A DNA stretch of 64,000 nt from Ramazzottius varieornatus (GCA_001949185.1 BDGG01000013.1:1003226-1067225); one strand, 5' to 3'; numbered from the stretch's first letter, positions 26,581 to 40,190 are shown. Numbers and translations: made by a program. The notes: generated by a model from the sequence alone, not told the origin.

Positions 26581-29500
26581 GGAAACGAACTGGGCGATCA
26601 CATTTGCGATGTCCTAGCTAACTCGTCTATAATTTCGACTTACCTCCTAATAGTTTCCTCCGTATGAGTTTGATGAATCCGTTTTTTGGTGGCAAGGGTG
26701 GTGCTTGCGGGAAGCTGTCTTGATCATGGGGTGAAGGACCATAGATGTTGTGTTCGGACGGAAGACGGCTCATGGTGAAATGCTTGAAAATGTCGACTTT
26801 CATTCTGAAGAAGATGGTTGAGGCGCTATTCCTGTCAGGGACAACATTACGGCAATTGACAATTGGATAATCGATTTCATATTCCACATACGGGATGGAG
26901 AATATGGCCACAGCGTGGCTCTTCCCTTTTGCCCAGTCAACAAAGCAAATATGTACTTACCCGACAAAAACGGCGGCGGGATGACACGCTAGCGAGCAAG
27001 AACAGGACAGGAAGAAATTAGCTCCGGCTTCTCTTCTGGATGTGGTTTCGTAGGATGAATAACAGAAATCATCGCCAGACGGGAACCACCAAAGTAGCAA
27101 TTATATGGCAGTACACATAAAAAGTGTAAATTCAAATATCAAATCTGTGTCACTTTCACAACTTCCTGCCCCATCGTTTCCATTCTCCCACTGGATGAAA
27201 TCGATGATGCAGTTCACTCTCGATAATCAACTCGAGAATCCACCTGCAAAACGTGTTCGGTTATAATCAGATTACACCGATATCGGTACATTACTCCATT
27301 AAAATGGAAATTTCCTGAATAATATCGTAACAGAATGTACCAAGACAGGATCGAGTTACTTTCAGGCATCGACACCGCGAAAATGTTCAATAATAACGCA
27401 TTATGAGCGAAACTTATTCCGAATAAAGAACGCGTAAGCGGAAACTAGCAAACTTTTCGAAAGATCGTCCGAATGAAACAGTGGATTAGAGTGTCTCACC
27501 CAGTTGTGCCTTTCGCGTGCTTGACGTTTGGCCCGAAGCTTTGGAGCCTGATGAACAAAAGGAAACAAGGAGAAGGCTCGTTAAGGATAACAATGGAAAC
27601 AGTGACTATCGGGGATGGTGGACAGTGGGCAGGGTACGGGGCTAGTATTATGTGAAGAGGCCACACAGTGCAAATACAAAACCAGACAGAGAAAGCACAC
27701 AGACACACACCACCGGTCACTCCAGCCTGCTCCTGCTGGGCTTGTGCCGGCCTACTGGTCAGCTAGAAGCCAGATGGATAGGCTGTTGCTTCCAGCAGGC
27801 AGAGCAACTGGAACGCCGGCTGAAAGGCAAGCCTGCACAGAGGAGCAAGTTGCCAGACACATATGGCCGCTGTTAAAATTTCTCCTCTAAAGCCATAAAA
27901 GCAACAAGTGATAAGATTAAAGTGTTCGTACTCTTGATGGTCGTAAATGCACCCATCAAAATGCCGGAATTTGCCACAGAAAACTTTGCGGTACCAAGTC
28001 TAGTTTAACTTGAGTGCTGTCTGCTGCACTGTAGGAACACACAGTTTCCTGTTTTGTCGAATCCTTGATCCGGTACAGCGCGAGTACGAGTATGAGTACT
28101 TACTGGGGGATCGAAAAAAACGGACAACCGCTGATGTGCATAGTACAGGTTGAGTCATAATGTTTCGACCGATTTTGAACTTTTGCAGAAAATTCAGTAT
28201 CTATTCTTCTGCCTCCGAATTTCTTCCTTGGGTAGCCTAAACATCTAAGATTATCCTTAAAGGATTTGGTAATGCTTGTCCGCATCTGAAAAATCATGCA
28301 GAAAAAAACCTCGAAAGACCGGAAAACACCCCTCGACTGAGTCGACTCTACTTGACGCTCAAGATTGAAACTCTGCCTGAGCCAATCTATCCATTCTATC
28401 GCTCATTCGATAGACAGACCTTTGGGCTATTGATTCCATGTACACATTTTAAAAACATCGTCTTAGGTTTGGCCAAAAAACATTAGACTTTAGTGGTTAC
28501 TTCTCGGCCAGATATTCCTGAATTATTCAAAACTACTGCGGCTGCCGAGTTAAAGCGCTGCACTCTTCATGTGATTTCCGACTGATAAGCTTTTGCCTAT
28601 ACTTGTAATTAGAATATTGTTTGATATTTTTAATTCTCTCAAAAGCGAAAAACTGAAGAAAAGCAGAATTGTTTTCACTGCAGTCATCCAGTTGACTGCT
28701 CTAGAGGAGACCTCGGAGACACATCTTGAGACTACTAAATTTCGTCTAACGACTCAAACCCTCGTGGACAGACTAGCCTTGGCGATAAAGTTTTGGAACC
28801 TTCGTTTAGCAGCAAACAAATTCCAAGTATACCGAGTTCATGGTCCAAAAGGTACCCTGATTTCGGGGTCGCTGAAACGGGTCAACGCTGAGTTTCCCCA
28901 GTTCGAAATCGGTCGAAGTATTGTGAATCAACCTGTAGGTCCGTGGAAAAAGCGTGGGGAAGCAGCGGCCCAGTGAGAGCCAGCATATGGCGTACCCGCG
29001 TCCACTCCAGTCTAGAAACCGAAGTAAATCTCGTATATTTTGATACATGAATTCGGGGTTTGAACTCGGTTGCACTGGATTGAATCTACCAACTACTGTA
29101 CTTCGGCACCATCGGCTGTAACGTTTCTACATCCTTTGACCACAGTCACGTTCTACGGAGTTCCACGAAGAAATTACTGTAGTCCAGTTGTTCGAGGAGT
29201 AAGGAAGTGCAGAAGGTCCGAGTGACAGATTTCCTGATCCCCACACAGTCCGGTGACTTCGATCTTGAAGTCGAGCTGACTGACCCGGAATGGGATTGTG
29301 AAAAAGGACTGCAGGGTACTATACGTGGCACACCCTAGTTCCCAGAACCGTCATGATTTTGACCAAGGAAATTGTCCATGGGTTCGAGGCTGCTATTAGG
29401 GCCGATCTCGAGCCGGACCAACGCGAAGCTAAAACGAAAGGAATACGACAAGTTCGTTGACTTGATCCGCATGGTTCAGTCCGGTAAGTTCAGCATGAAC

Positions 29501-29659
29501 AAGTACAGATACGTATGCGTCGTAGGTGGCTTCAAAGAGCCGGAAACTACGATGATCAGGTGGCGTACGTTTGGCCGAACCCATGGTAGTCAAGGACCCT
29601 ATGCAGAACCTAGGATCATCTTCCTTACAATTGCCTGGTATGCGGGATTTTCCGGGTAA

Positions 29660-31141
29660 GGCGTCTGTAGCAACCGAATCTGTGAAGGTGTGATGTGTGA
29701 TGCATCACACTTTCGGTTCACACATACACGCCCGACACTGTGTTGTATGAGCATCAGACTTTCGGCCACATCACACTTTCGGTCAACCAAAGGTGTGATG
29801 TCGTATGAAGTAGCGCACCTACTGTATGTGTAAAGCAAACTGAAATGCGCCGGTGACTGATAGGACTTACAGAAGATCTGACATTACGCGTGTGGTCTTC
29901 AGAACGTGATGTTGCACTGTCGCGTGAACGCCGACCTGTGCACTATGTACACGTACGTGGAACTTCCTTTGTACAAATCGAGAAGATATTGGTTGTTTCA
30001 GCAATTCACCTGATCATGAGATATTTACTTGAGGACAAAGAGATCAGATCATTCAAGGACAACAACAATGGGCTCATCATCTATAAAACGCTTCCGACTA
30101 TTTCGTCGACCGAGCTCGTTAGCTAAATACAAACTAGCCCGATCAGCAGTGACAGTATAAGCACTTCGTGTGGGCTTGGTGAACTTGTTTTTCATGCTCC
30201 TTGGAACTTCAGCACGCGGACAAGCCGAAAAACTAATGTGTCACTCTACCCCGGCGGACAAGGCTGCCCGGAGAACGGATAAGCCGGCATTTGGAAAGGG
30301 TTCGATTGGTAGAACATTGGCTGAAACGGTAATGGTTGGTAGGGCATTGGCTGGTGGGAAAAGGGATGGAGCATCGGTGGAGGAGTCATGGGTGGGTACT
30401 GCATTGACTGCATCGCCATTGCTGCTTGGGGATAATGAAGTTGTCCCGTTGAGATGTGCTGGAAGCTTCCAGCGCTCACTTTTTGGTTTGACGGAACAGC
30501 TGATGTGGTGTCCAGCTTCTCCGTCAAAACGCCGCTATCGTAGTGCAAGCCGTCGATTATCCCACTTCTATCAACAGCGCGTACGGGATCACTCGTTGTT
30601 GGAGTCGAAGGCTGATCCATGACTTCTTTCTCTGGCCTGGCGTCTCTTCGAGTAGGTGTGAATTCCTGTGCTGACCAAGCGGTGACCACGTTGGTTTCAC
30701 ATGGTAGATCGATGGACAGGATAGTACAACATCGAAAAACAACCCTGTTTACGGTGAAATAAAACGCGAATGCAAATGCTGCGGAAACATAACCACAACG
30801 TGACTCATAGCGACTTACGCCAAAACCACAACAATTACCGTTACTGTAACGGTTTGTGTTATGTGTTGCCTGCGTTTGCATTACATTTCCGGATGCCGTT
30901 GGTTCACCTTTATGATTCCAAAGTTGATGCAAAAATTGCAACAATATTCGTTGCAATCTCTTCGCTTGTGTTTGCGTCTATAGCTCGTCAAGCGGCGCAC
31001 TCGGCATGGTGAATGCGGGGTAAGCTGCGCCGCTTCATTCGACATCACACCTTTGGTTGACCGAAAGTGTGATGTGGCCGAAAGTGTGATGCATCACACA
31101 TCACACCTCACACCATCACAGATTCGGTTGCTACAGGCGTC
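29660..31141. mobile_element. Pair of long inverted repeats (29660-29818 and 31026-31141) enclosing about 1.2 kb
   Basis: ggcgtctgtagcaaccgaatctgtga...catcacactttcggtcaaccaaaggtgtgatgtcg is reverse-complementary to cgacatcacacctttggttgaccgaaagtgtgatg...tcacagattcggttgctacaggcgtc; a diverged third copy lies at about 54405-54550. Confidence 0.75.
30246..30672 (-). CDS. Putative exon encoding a Pro/Gln/Met-rich low-complexity segment
   Basis: Open frame after an AG acceptor: QEFTPTRRD...MQYPPMTPPPMLHPFSHQPMPYQPLPFQPMFYQSNPFQMPAYPF; gene boundaries unresolved. Confidence 0.4.
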
Positions 31142-32270
31142 AATACACCTCGCAGCAAATTCATCTTTTGGATTCGCCTTTCAAAACTTTCGCAGTTTGC
31201 GCGTTTGGCTTTTTATACATTTCGCCTTCCAACCCTATCACCTTCTGAAAACAACACTTCTAACCTCTTTGCCTTTTGAGCACCGCCAAGTTTGATTGTC
31301 CGTGTTGAAGAGTGGTAGCAAGTTGGCTTGGGCGGGCTGTAGGTGAACTGTATTCAGGTACGAGGTAAACTTCACGATTCGGGCGGGCCAATTTTTCCAT
31401 AATTCGGGCGGCGCGAAAAGTTGATACGTTATTTACTATGCTGTGTTGATTGATCATCGTACATCGGTTGACACAACTTTAGGCTTTTCAACATTGAGCA
31501 GACCCCTCTTTCTTTCACCGCTGACTCCTCGACACTCTGACATCTTCCCATCTCTAGAACTATCACGAGTGATAGAAGAGTGTCTGTTCTAGCCCAGCGA
31601 ACAAAAACTAAGCGATTTGGAGCAGAAAGAGCAGAGATACATACCGCCAAAATTGTGATAGGAAAATCGGTCCGACCGAATTGTGAAGTTTACCTCGTAG
31701 CTAAGAGGTCATAGTATCAAACTCACTCGAAGACTATAAATAAGCGGCGGACGGAACAATATGACTCAGTGAAAAGCCAACCTTACACTGCAGCACAACG
31801 ACTGCTTCGATCGGTTTTTGCGCCTTCACCGAAGAACTCCCCAGCAGTTCTTAGGCTTCAGGTTCACTCAGACATCAACGTTCCGTGTACTATAAATACT
31901 GCCCAACACAGCTTCTAGCCCGCGACGAATGTCTTGTGCAAAGTTTATGTGCTTATGGATAGTGATTTTCCGATTCGAATGTCTTTCGCTCGCCATGCAG
32001 TGTTCACTTGAATATAAAGTAGACGTTCGAGGGGAAAGTTCTGTCCATCGCTTCCACTTCCCGATAGCAAAGGAGTGCACTTCGCCATCGCAACACTGTA
32101 TTTCACGACAATGTCAGTGAAATGAGTGAAGAGCCAACGGCAAAAGTTTATGGTTGATCGGAGTTCACTTTGCTTACTTGATGGAAGCTAGACAGTGCCT
32201 CTTGAGGTACGAGTCAATTGAAAGAAAACTTACTTTATGCTCGGGGCGAAAGCAACAGGAGCCAGAGTGG

Positions 32271-33734
32271 ACCTTACTGATGCATTGTAGGCCACCTTTA
32301 CTAGCCCGCGTCAACGGAGGACACGCGCAGATCCCAGATGGCACGTTTGGGGTGGTTCTCCAACAACTGTGGCCTAGCTATTTGGCGCAGTGGTCGTCGT
32401 TCAAGCACATCGTTTGCGCTTGTTGGGCTGTGTGTATTAACGCGCTTAAGTTAGTCGAGATCGGTCTGAGTGAAGAGTCAAAATTTTTCTCACTTACGTT
32501 TGCACTGAGGTTTTCCGCCAGTGGGAGCGTAGAATGCGGTACCCACGACGTCCCCTGGAAGAACTGGTGGGTCGTTGGCAGCATCAGCCTTCGCGGTGCA
32601 GTAACACTTTTTGGTCGAGAAGTCACATCGTGCTGCCTTTCCTGGTTCGACTGTGGATGGATCGAGAACGTCACAGTCATTGTGATCAGCACAAGTTTTC
32701 AGATTAGGATCTGTCAATAAAGAGGGACGTACTGTACGTTTAAAGATTTAGAGTGAAAATATTCAGAGCGAGAAACTGGTAACTTACTCAGGCAGCCAAA
32801 AACTTTGCCAGCTACGGTCGGTGGCGGGCAGGTGCATCTTCTCTTTTGGGAACCGGGCAGGGTGTTGCAAATATAATCGGGGTTTCAGGCTTTACAAAAA
32901 TTCAGACCGCCGTTTTTCAGACAGTTGTCAGTTGCCGTAATTTCTGGAAAAGCAACAAGCAGTGAACGCCACGTTCCGGAAAGTCAGTTTCAAGACCAAT
33001 TAAGCATGGCCCATTCGTTCTTTTGGCCCAGACAAACAAACGACTGTGATCACAAACCTCTTGTACAGGTAGGGCCTCTGTCGTCAAAAGCTTTGTCCTC
33101 GAGACATTGGCACCTTTTTCCTGTCGGAGATGCAGTGGGTCGTAGGCCTCCAGGAACCGGTGCTGGAAGAATACGGTTAACGCGGCGCACCGATTTGGTG
33201 CGAATGCAGTCCTTATCATCCGTACATTCGGTGGCGTTCAAAAGAACTAATTGCTCTATGAAAAATTATACACGTTAGATTCACACAGCTGGAACCACAA
33301 CCAATGTATCAAAATACTCTACCGTTGACACATCTGTCATAATCGTCGTCAGGCTCGAAGTTGGGCCTGCACTCGCACTGGCCCCAACCAGTAACGTCTC
33401 TCAGGGGTAATACAGGGGAAAACAAGTTCGAGAAAAGTTCGCATTCACATGGTGAAAGTCTAAACCTTCGCGGCGTATTCGGCGACAAGCGCCTCCAGTT
33501 CCTCGTCACTAAGTCTTTTGGGAAACTCGACAGACAGAATATGGCGGGCGCCATTGTTCTCCAACGCGCAGCCTACCATGCCTGCCACGTTTCTACAGCA
33601 CGTGCAGTCGACCGCGCCTTCGATCTTTGGCTCGAAGGTTTCAGCTGCTCAACGTCCCACAATCGAGATCACACCTGCTCGTTGTAAACATTCTTCGCCA
33701 CACGCATTCTTGTGCAGACTTCTTTGCGTTTAGC
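32271..33734 (-). pseudogene. Unprocessed pseudogene of a Cys-rich repeat (EB/EGF-like module) extracellular protein
   Basis: Exons encode repeated C-x5-C...CxC...C modules (ECTDDKDC...RCQC...TC; TCADHNDC...KCYC; MCLNDDHC...ICAC...QC). In-frame stops: TAG 32378-32380, TGA 32885-32887, probably TGA 33649-33651. Confidence 0.65.
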
Positions 33735-33939
33735 TAGAAGGCTACAATTTACCGAGTACAGTTCAAAAACTTAGGAATAAACAACTGGGTAAACAGTAGT
33801 CACATTTTACTATAACAGAATCTAAAAAAGCTCGTGTAACTGGGTTCGCGTTCGAAATCAAATCTCAGATCACAAGGTTTAAAATATCACACATTCATGC
33901 TGAGGAAGCTGTATCCTTCCTTCTTGTGGAAGACAGGAA

Positions 33940-36900
33940 CTAAAATAGTTGATCTAGCTGCACATTACGAAATCCAGGATCCTCGCGAAGTGACCAATAT
34001 CGGTAATTAAACTCGTAAATATCGTTCACGTCGCTTCCGGCTTGCTCCAGCCGCCTATAAAGACCACCAACAAGCAATCAGCCACAGCCCAACTGCTTCT
34101 TTAAAACTACAGCAAACTCAAAACCATACCTGAACCATTTCGGCTCGTAAGGGTAATGGTCTTTTGTGTATTTTGCGCAGCGTTCTCTTTGCAGCTGTTC
34201 GACTCGCTTCTTCTCAATTTCCGCCGCGACGATATTCCCACATTCCAACAAGCTACAACACACCGCAAATAGTCAACATCCGCATTTCAGTATACATTAG
34301 AAGAAAGGGAAACGTCGGCTAATGAACTAAACATGACCATAATCTAAAGTGGCGCACGTTTCCGTTGTATCGGCCGAAAGTGTGCGCCACCTGAGAAAAC
34401 GATAATGTTCAAGTCGTAATTTTGCCAAAGTTTCAAATCTGTGTTTCTTACCGTTGGTCAGGTCGGAAACGGCAGTCTGTGATGGGAAGCATGTCCGTCA
34501 TGCCGTCATTAAGCTCGTTCAGCTCGACAGCGAACCTCGTGAAGCCATAGTATTTTTCGTGGTCAGCCGGCATGGCTCCAGCTCGCCACATGACCCGCGT
34601 TCCAGTCTTACCAGTGTCGTTCCAGTAGACGCACTCGTTCCAGCTGCCGAAGAGCGCCGTCAAAGGAGCTCGGTCAGGACCGTGGACGGAACCTTCAACT
34701 TGTACGGTTGTCCCATCGCCTTTTCCCGACTGTGAAACAAATAAGCTGAAACAGTATTATGTCCGACTACTTCCAACTAAGCTGAAGAATGTTCGAATCT
34801 TCGAAAGAACCAACAGAGAACTCGGCAGCAGTGTTTCCCCAAAAGGCGCACGCCATCAGGTCTACTGGCTTGGAGAGTGCGCCGCTTGGGGAGTACGTTA
34901 GCCGTATCACATTTCCAAGTGGCGCACACTCCCGACCAGCAATAACGGAAGAGCGCGCCATTTGGAAGAACGATCTCGTCAAGTCCGTCCGTGTAGGACA
35001 CAGTTATGGTGATTGAACTGGCTTACTTTGCCGAAGGTTAGAGTGGCGTGGTAGTCGTTGCTGCACGTGATCTTGGTGGTGCCGTATATCTCAATGTTGC
35101 CTCTCTGCGACATCAATGCGGCGACCCCGAGGCGGGAACTGGGCTTGTTCCACCGGTAATGCTCGCTCTTGTTGATAGTCACATGAACTTCACCGTGGTT
35201 GGTGACTTCGATGGATCGACCCCAAAAGCGCGTTTTCGGCCGGAAATCTACCCCAATACACTTTACCATTTCTTGCTTCATGTTACAGTGTTCAATCCAT
35301 CATCGACCGAGGCTTACATCGATATCGAAAGAGAGATTCGGACTAAGTATTCTACCTTGCCAGTAACAGTACTTGTCGCTGAGCGATTCGGCATGGCATG
35401 CTGAGATGGGTGGATGATGGCTGACTTGTTCTGCCACGTACCGGAAACCCTTATCTTCCCTCACGCACTCTAAAATACCACACCCTTCATCAGCATTCAC
35501 ACTACTGAGTTTGGAATAAATCGAAATCGTTACATACCGTAGGTCTCTCCAAGGAGTGGGTTGAAAGGCTTGGTACCGGCCCGGTAATACGACGATGCGA
35601 AACCGGAAATGGCGAACGTCGCCACTAAAGTCTGGAAAAAACGCACCAGTCAGAGTCTAGATTAGACTTTTACCATTAGCCAACACAGCAGGCGACGGTG
35701 GTGTCATACCATGCGTTCGACAGGGTCGGAAGATTCAGCGGCTCTGTCCAACAGTTCGCAGTATTCGAGCTCTTCACAGAGACGCTGCAGCATGCTGAGT
35801 GGCTCGTTGATTTTGACGGGCAACGCGAGTCGGGTCAAGTCTTTGCCGATGAAGCCGCCAATCATCTTGAGTAAACTGCCATCTGCAGCCGGTCGCGGAC
35901 AAGGTAGCGTGGTTCGCCTACCGGTCTGCAAGTTCATGGGCGCCAACCGCATATCCTCGTCTGTCCCATCGAAGGACTCGGAGTCGGTTGTCGAACCTCC
36001 TTCGTCCCTCGACTCACCCCGCTGGAAATCAAAACCCAAAAATGATGAATATCCAAATGTGATATGCGACTTCTAAATCAAATTGATCCAAGGTGATATG
36101 TTACAGCAACAAGAATGACTTTCTGGAGTCGCGTATTCAGCTGCCAACGCTGCACAAATTCAGTTTCGCCTTTTTGCTACGGTATTTTCTTGGCCAACGA
36201 TGACCTGCTCACACGTTTGCACAAAGTTTGTTGCAAGTTTCAGTAATTTCCGTTTTACATTATGACTTCCTAGGCGTTGTCTGCATTTTCCCTCTCCACG
36301 CTTCCCCGGATGAAACCCACCCAACAACTAATCTTATCCCGACTGAGCGAACCCTCATTGTATGTTGCTCCCTCTGTGATCCTGCCTTAGGGATCGTCTC
36401 AACAAACATTCCTAATAAGTTCAAGAGGAACGACACTTCCGTGCCCCCCTTGCCCGCCCGACTTCATCAAACTAATATTAGCTTCGGGACCAGTTCAAAG
36501 TCACGTCATCGATCTGACGCGCAAGAGACAACGTCAATCACGTCTGTTTCCCTTCACTGGAAAACTCACGCAAGCTATCAAATAGCTTACGCTTCCAAAT
36601 CGATTGTCATCAAGTGCACACAAAGAATACGCCGGCTCTCCTTGGAACGAGAGAGTGCGCTCCACGAACATTTGGAATCTAAGCAAACAAGCACGGCAAG
36701 ACTGCTTTCTAAATGGCGCACACTTTCAGTGGTATTGGCTGAGACAGTGCACCGCTTGGGAAACGATCATGCCATGTTCTCTTCAAGTGGTGCACGCTGC
36801 CAGCCAATAACACCGACAACCTGCGCCACTTGAGGGGAAAGCTCCTGTCTAATTGTTTCCTCCAAGTTGCGCACGCCGTCAGCCATTAACACTGAAGAAG

Positions 36901-39900
36901 TACGCCACTTAGAAAATGATTTTGTCGAGATCTTAGCCGAGCCCCCCTTTCATACTTTGTGATTCTGATCGGGTGACAGTACATGACTACCACATGCTGT
37001 GGAAGAATGGAAAGACTTACGTCAGAGGAAGTGTCAGAAATATGACCGACCGAAGCGTTGGGTTGCAGAGTGGCGCCGCTAAAATGGCTGATGGCCGTGA
37101 AGAAGGTTTCACACGACCCGATGGTTCCTCCACTATCCGACGACAATGTGTGGACGATGCGACTCTAAACAAACACAGACAATCAACTTCCCACGCGCCT
37201 CTCCCTCTTTTTCATATTCTATCCCGCCCGATACACAATCCGTTAGCGTAAGACCAAAACATGCATCAAGCGTTGGTTTACTCTCTTGGCCAGATACAAA
37301 GTGGGATGGCAAAAGAAGAGCAAGGAGATGAATCGATGACTTGCTGTTCTCCGTTCATTCATTCTTCCCAGTTTGCGTCATCGTCATTTTTTAAGAGACG
37401 TTGTGTGGTGGGTATATGGACTAACAAGGAGGAAGTGGGAAAAAGGCACGCACCTGTAATGGGCCATTGGTGCGGGGAAGTGAGCCTTCTTCGGTGAGCG
37501 TGGTGTGGAACCGCGTGTACAACTGACGAAAGTCGTTTCCAATCATCCGAAAGGTCGATAAAACTGGAAAAATCAAATTCCAAAATCATCTCTACATTTC
37601 AATTATCGTCCAGTTTTCCCGAAATCTTAGTTTACCGTTAAAGAAATCATCGAAGTTGTTTCAGGGCAAATTTAAAAATCGGTGTTCGATTTTACAAAGT
37701 TTGATTACTTGTGAAAAAGTTCCCAACTTGATTACGATTGCACGCTAACATTTTTCGCAAATCAAGTTTACACGATGTTGTACCGAATGAATTTGTACGG
37801 AGTTAGCTATTTGTTTACGTTTTGCTGTTTAATTAACTGGAAGAAAGCACTCTCATTGATTTTACTGCTTACGTTCACGAGCCAGTAAGACAGTTTCCGC
37901 GTCACTGCGTGTTGAAACGTGGCTTCCACTGTCGTTCCTCTGGATGGTTTGCCCCATCACGCCATCCTGTCTACCCGACGTCAGGTGGCTTCCGCCGTTA
38001 CTGCTGTTACTGACGTGTGGCCCCAAATCGAGCGTGTTATTGAGGCTATTCTGCGACCCGCGGCTGCCGTCATTGCTCAAGAGGGAAGTGGGGTTGGGCG
38101 AGCTGGGAGGCAGCGAGAAGGTGGCCGTCGTCGTTTGTGGAGAGGCTGCTGCTGCGTCATTTAGCTGATTAGGCGACGCACAAGTGCTAAGAGTGGGAAT
38201 CTGCCGGTGCAGCGATTCCGTGATGGGTCGTTTAGTCTACACGAACAGAAAACATGTACCATCAAGTTGATGTGTGAAGATAAAGGGTAAAGAGTAGACT
38301 CGCACAATGTCCGCTGGGAACATGCGCAAATCATTGGGGTGCAGCGCTGTGCAAAGTCCTTCAGGGGCAGAACTCTGGAGGATGATGTACGAAGAGCGGC
38401 TAGAGTGAGTTTTAATCTCCTACCGATCCTTTGGTTGACGCGACGGATGATGCATCGTCTTTTCGAGTGAGAGATATGTCGACTTTGGCGTCGGTCTTCT
38501 TCCGACGAGTGAAAAATCGCTTGATTGTGGTTTTGCGTGAACCTTCCACGGAGTTGCTCTGAAAAAATAAGGTACTACTTGAACCACACATGACTGGAAA
38601 ACTCATCCCCAATTATTCTGAAATTTTTCAGAAATTACTTCAGAGAATTTCCCAATTTTGGCAAGTAAACTCGACAAGACTGTCGTTCCCAGTGGCGCAC
38701 GCTTTCAGTCAGTACCGCTGACCATGTGTGCCACTTGATTTATCCCCTAAATTCCAAACTGATTTCTTACCTGAGGGTCACGTTCTGAGTTTGGTTCAGC
38801 ACTCGTCGCTTCGAGTTGTTCCACCATGGCAGAAGCTTTATCCAATTTCTGGAGAATAGCATCGAGCTCTGGAAGGAACCCGGAAACAGGGCGGAGATTA
38901 GCTTCATTTAAGCAGCCTTAATTTCTTTTGTATGTCTCATTAGTTTAACTGTGAGGAGGGACGTACGAGCTTTTGACACGTCAAGCCCGAACTTCCTGGC
39001 CGCTGCGCTCTGTTGCGGTGTCAGCGTGGCATCCTTGATGGGGTCGCCATTACCCAGGTCGTGATCGGTGAAGGCCAAGTGCGCCATCATGGCTTGACGG
39101 TACAGCCGGTGATCGCGCAGCATTCGCGCCCATTTCATAAATGCAATTTCCGTTGCCACCTTCAAAAGATGCAGCAGAACAATGAAGCCCAACCCAAAAC
39201 ATGACCAGGGAACATGCGGGCTAGTCTAGAGGGAATAGGAGAACCCACCCGGAAATGATGGACGGCTTCGGTTGAATCGATCTCGATGCCGCGCTTCTTG
39301 GCATTCAACACCACCACCGACAACCCGATATCCAGCTTGCCCAGAAAAACCCCACGATCCATCTATCAAACAAAAAATCGCACAGAGATTATGTTAGTGA
39401 AACCTCATATCGAAAACAATGAGCTCTCGAAACTATCGCAGTGTCAGTTCCTCGCCAGATAAACTGTGAAAACTATTCTACCAATGAATTCACTTACATC
39501 CATCTTATTCTTCGAGTAGTATAAATATCCATGTTCCAACCGACAATATCTCTGCCAAGCAAAAGAGCAACAATAAAAAATTTATCAAGAGTATGCGGAA
39601 CGAAAAAGATTGACGAAATGGCCAACCAGTCAACTGAACCAGCTAACACGCTGAAGCAGCACATGACGTCACGAAAACGCCATGCGGTGGGCACGGGGTG
39701 TCGCCAACCAGCACGGTTATACATATGACGTACCACGCCACTTGAGAAAAGTTACCTTCTGGAAGCCCGTTCCCCTTCGCCGTCGTTTCTTCGACAATAT
39801 CCCTTCGAAAATTTGCACTTGTTCGTCGAACCGCTCACCGACTCTTAAACTCTGCAGGATCTCGTACTCGACATCTAGTGACGGTTTCCAGCCCCGCTGC

Positions 39901-40190
39901 AGTTGAGGGGAGGCAGCTTTCAGCGAGACTTTGCGCGAGTCAGTAGGGTCGTAGCTGAAATATTCCGACTGGGACGACGAGCCGTCCATCGACGGTGTAG
40001 ATGACATGGAGTTGCTGGAAGGAGATTCCGCATCACTACTACCCGCTCCAGGCACAGGACGAGCCTGGGAAGAGACCATGGCGGGGTTGGTGGTGGCCTG
40101 AAAGCCTTCCGAGATGGATATTGGCCGTGAGATGGTCCGCGCTGCGTGCGAGTCGACCGTGTCAGGCTTCGCTTCAGCTTCGGTGGCCAT
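33940..40190 (-). CDS. Oxysterol-binding protein-related protein (PH + ORD), ORP3/6/7-like
   Basis: PH motif [18 protein letters not shown]; ORD motifs [40 protein letters not shown], signature [25 protein letters not shown]; ends [13 protein letters not shown] (TAG 33940-33942); ATG at 40190. Confidence 0.93.
34347..34392. repeat. GTGGCGCAC-N24-GTGCGCCAC element, intronic
   Basis: aagtggcgcac-gtttccgttgtatcggccgaaagt-gtgcgccacct. Confidence 0.9.
34841..34964. repeat. Two tandem N25 palindromic elements with oppositely oriented spacers, intronic
   Basis: Left arms at 34843 and 34919, 25-nt spacers. Confidence 0.85.
36710..36911. repeat. Three tandem N25 palindromic elements, intronic
   Basis: Left arms at 36713, 36787 and 36866; all spacers 25 nt. 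Confidence 0.9.
38689..38737. repeat. N25 palindromic element, intronic
   Basis: cagtggcgcac-gctttcagtcagtaccgctgaccat-gtgtgccacttg. Confidence 0.85.

Noticed and set aside
21200-29600. Numerous 60-140 aa ORFs and single Tc1-like TIR ends (about 21160, 25876, 28102)
   Set aside because: No recognisable domains and no partner TIR found
36710-36911. CRISPR-like appearance (palindromic repeats with constant-length variable spacers)
   Set aside because: Spacers share a common consensus, arrays have only 2-3 units, they lie in eukaryotic introns and no cas genes are present
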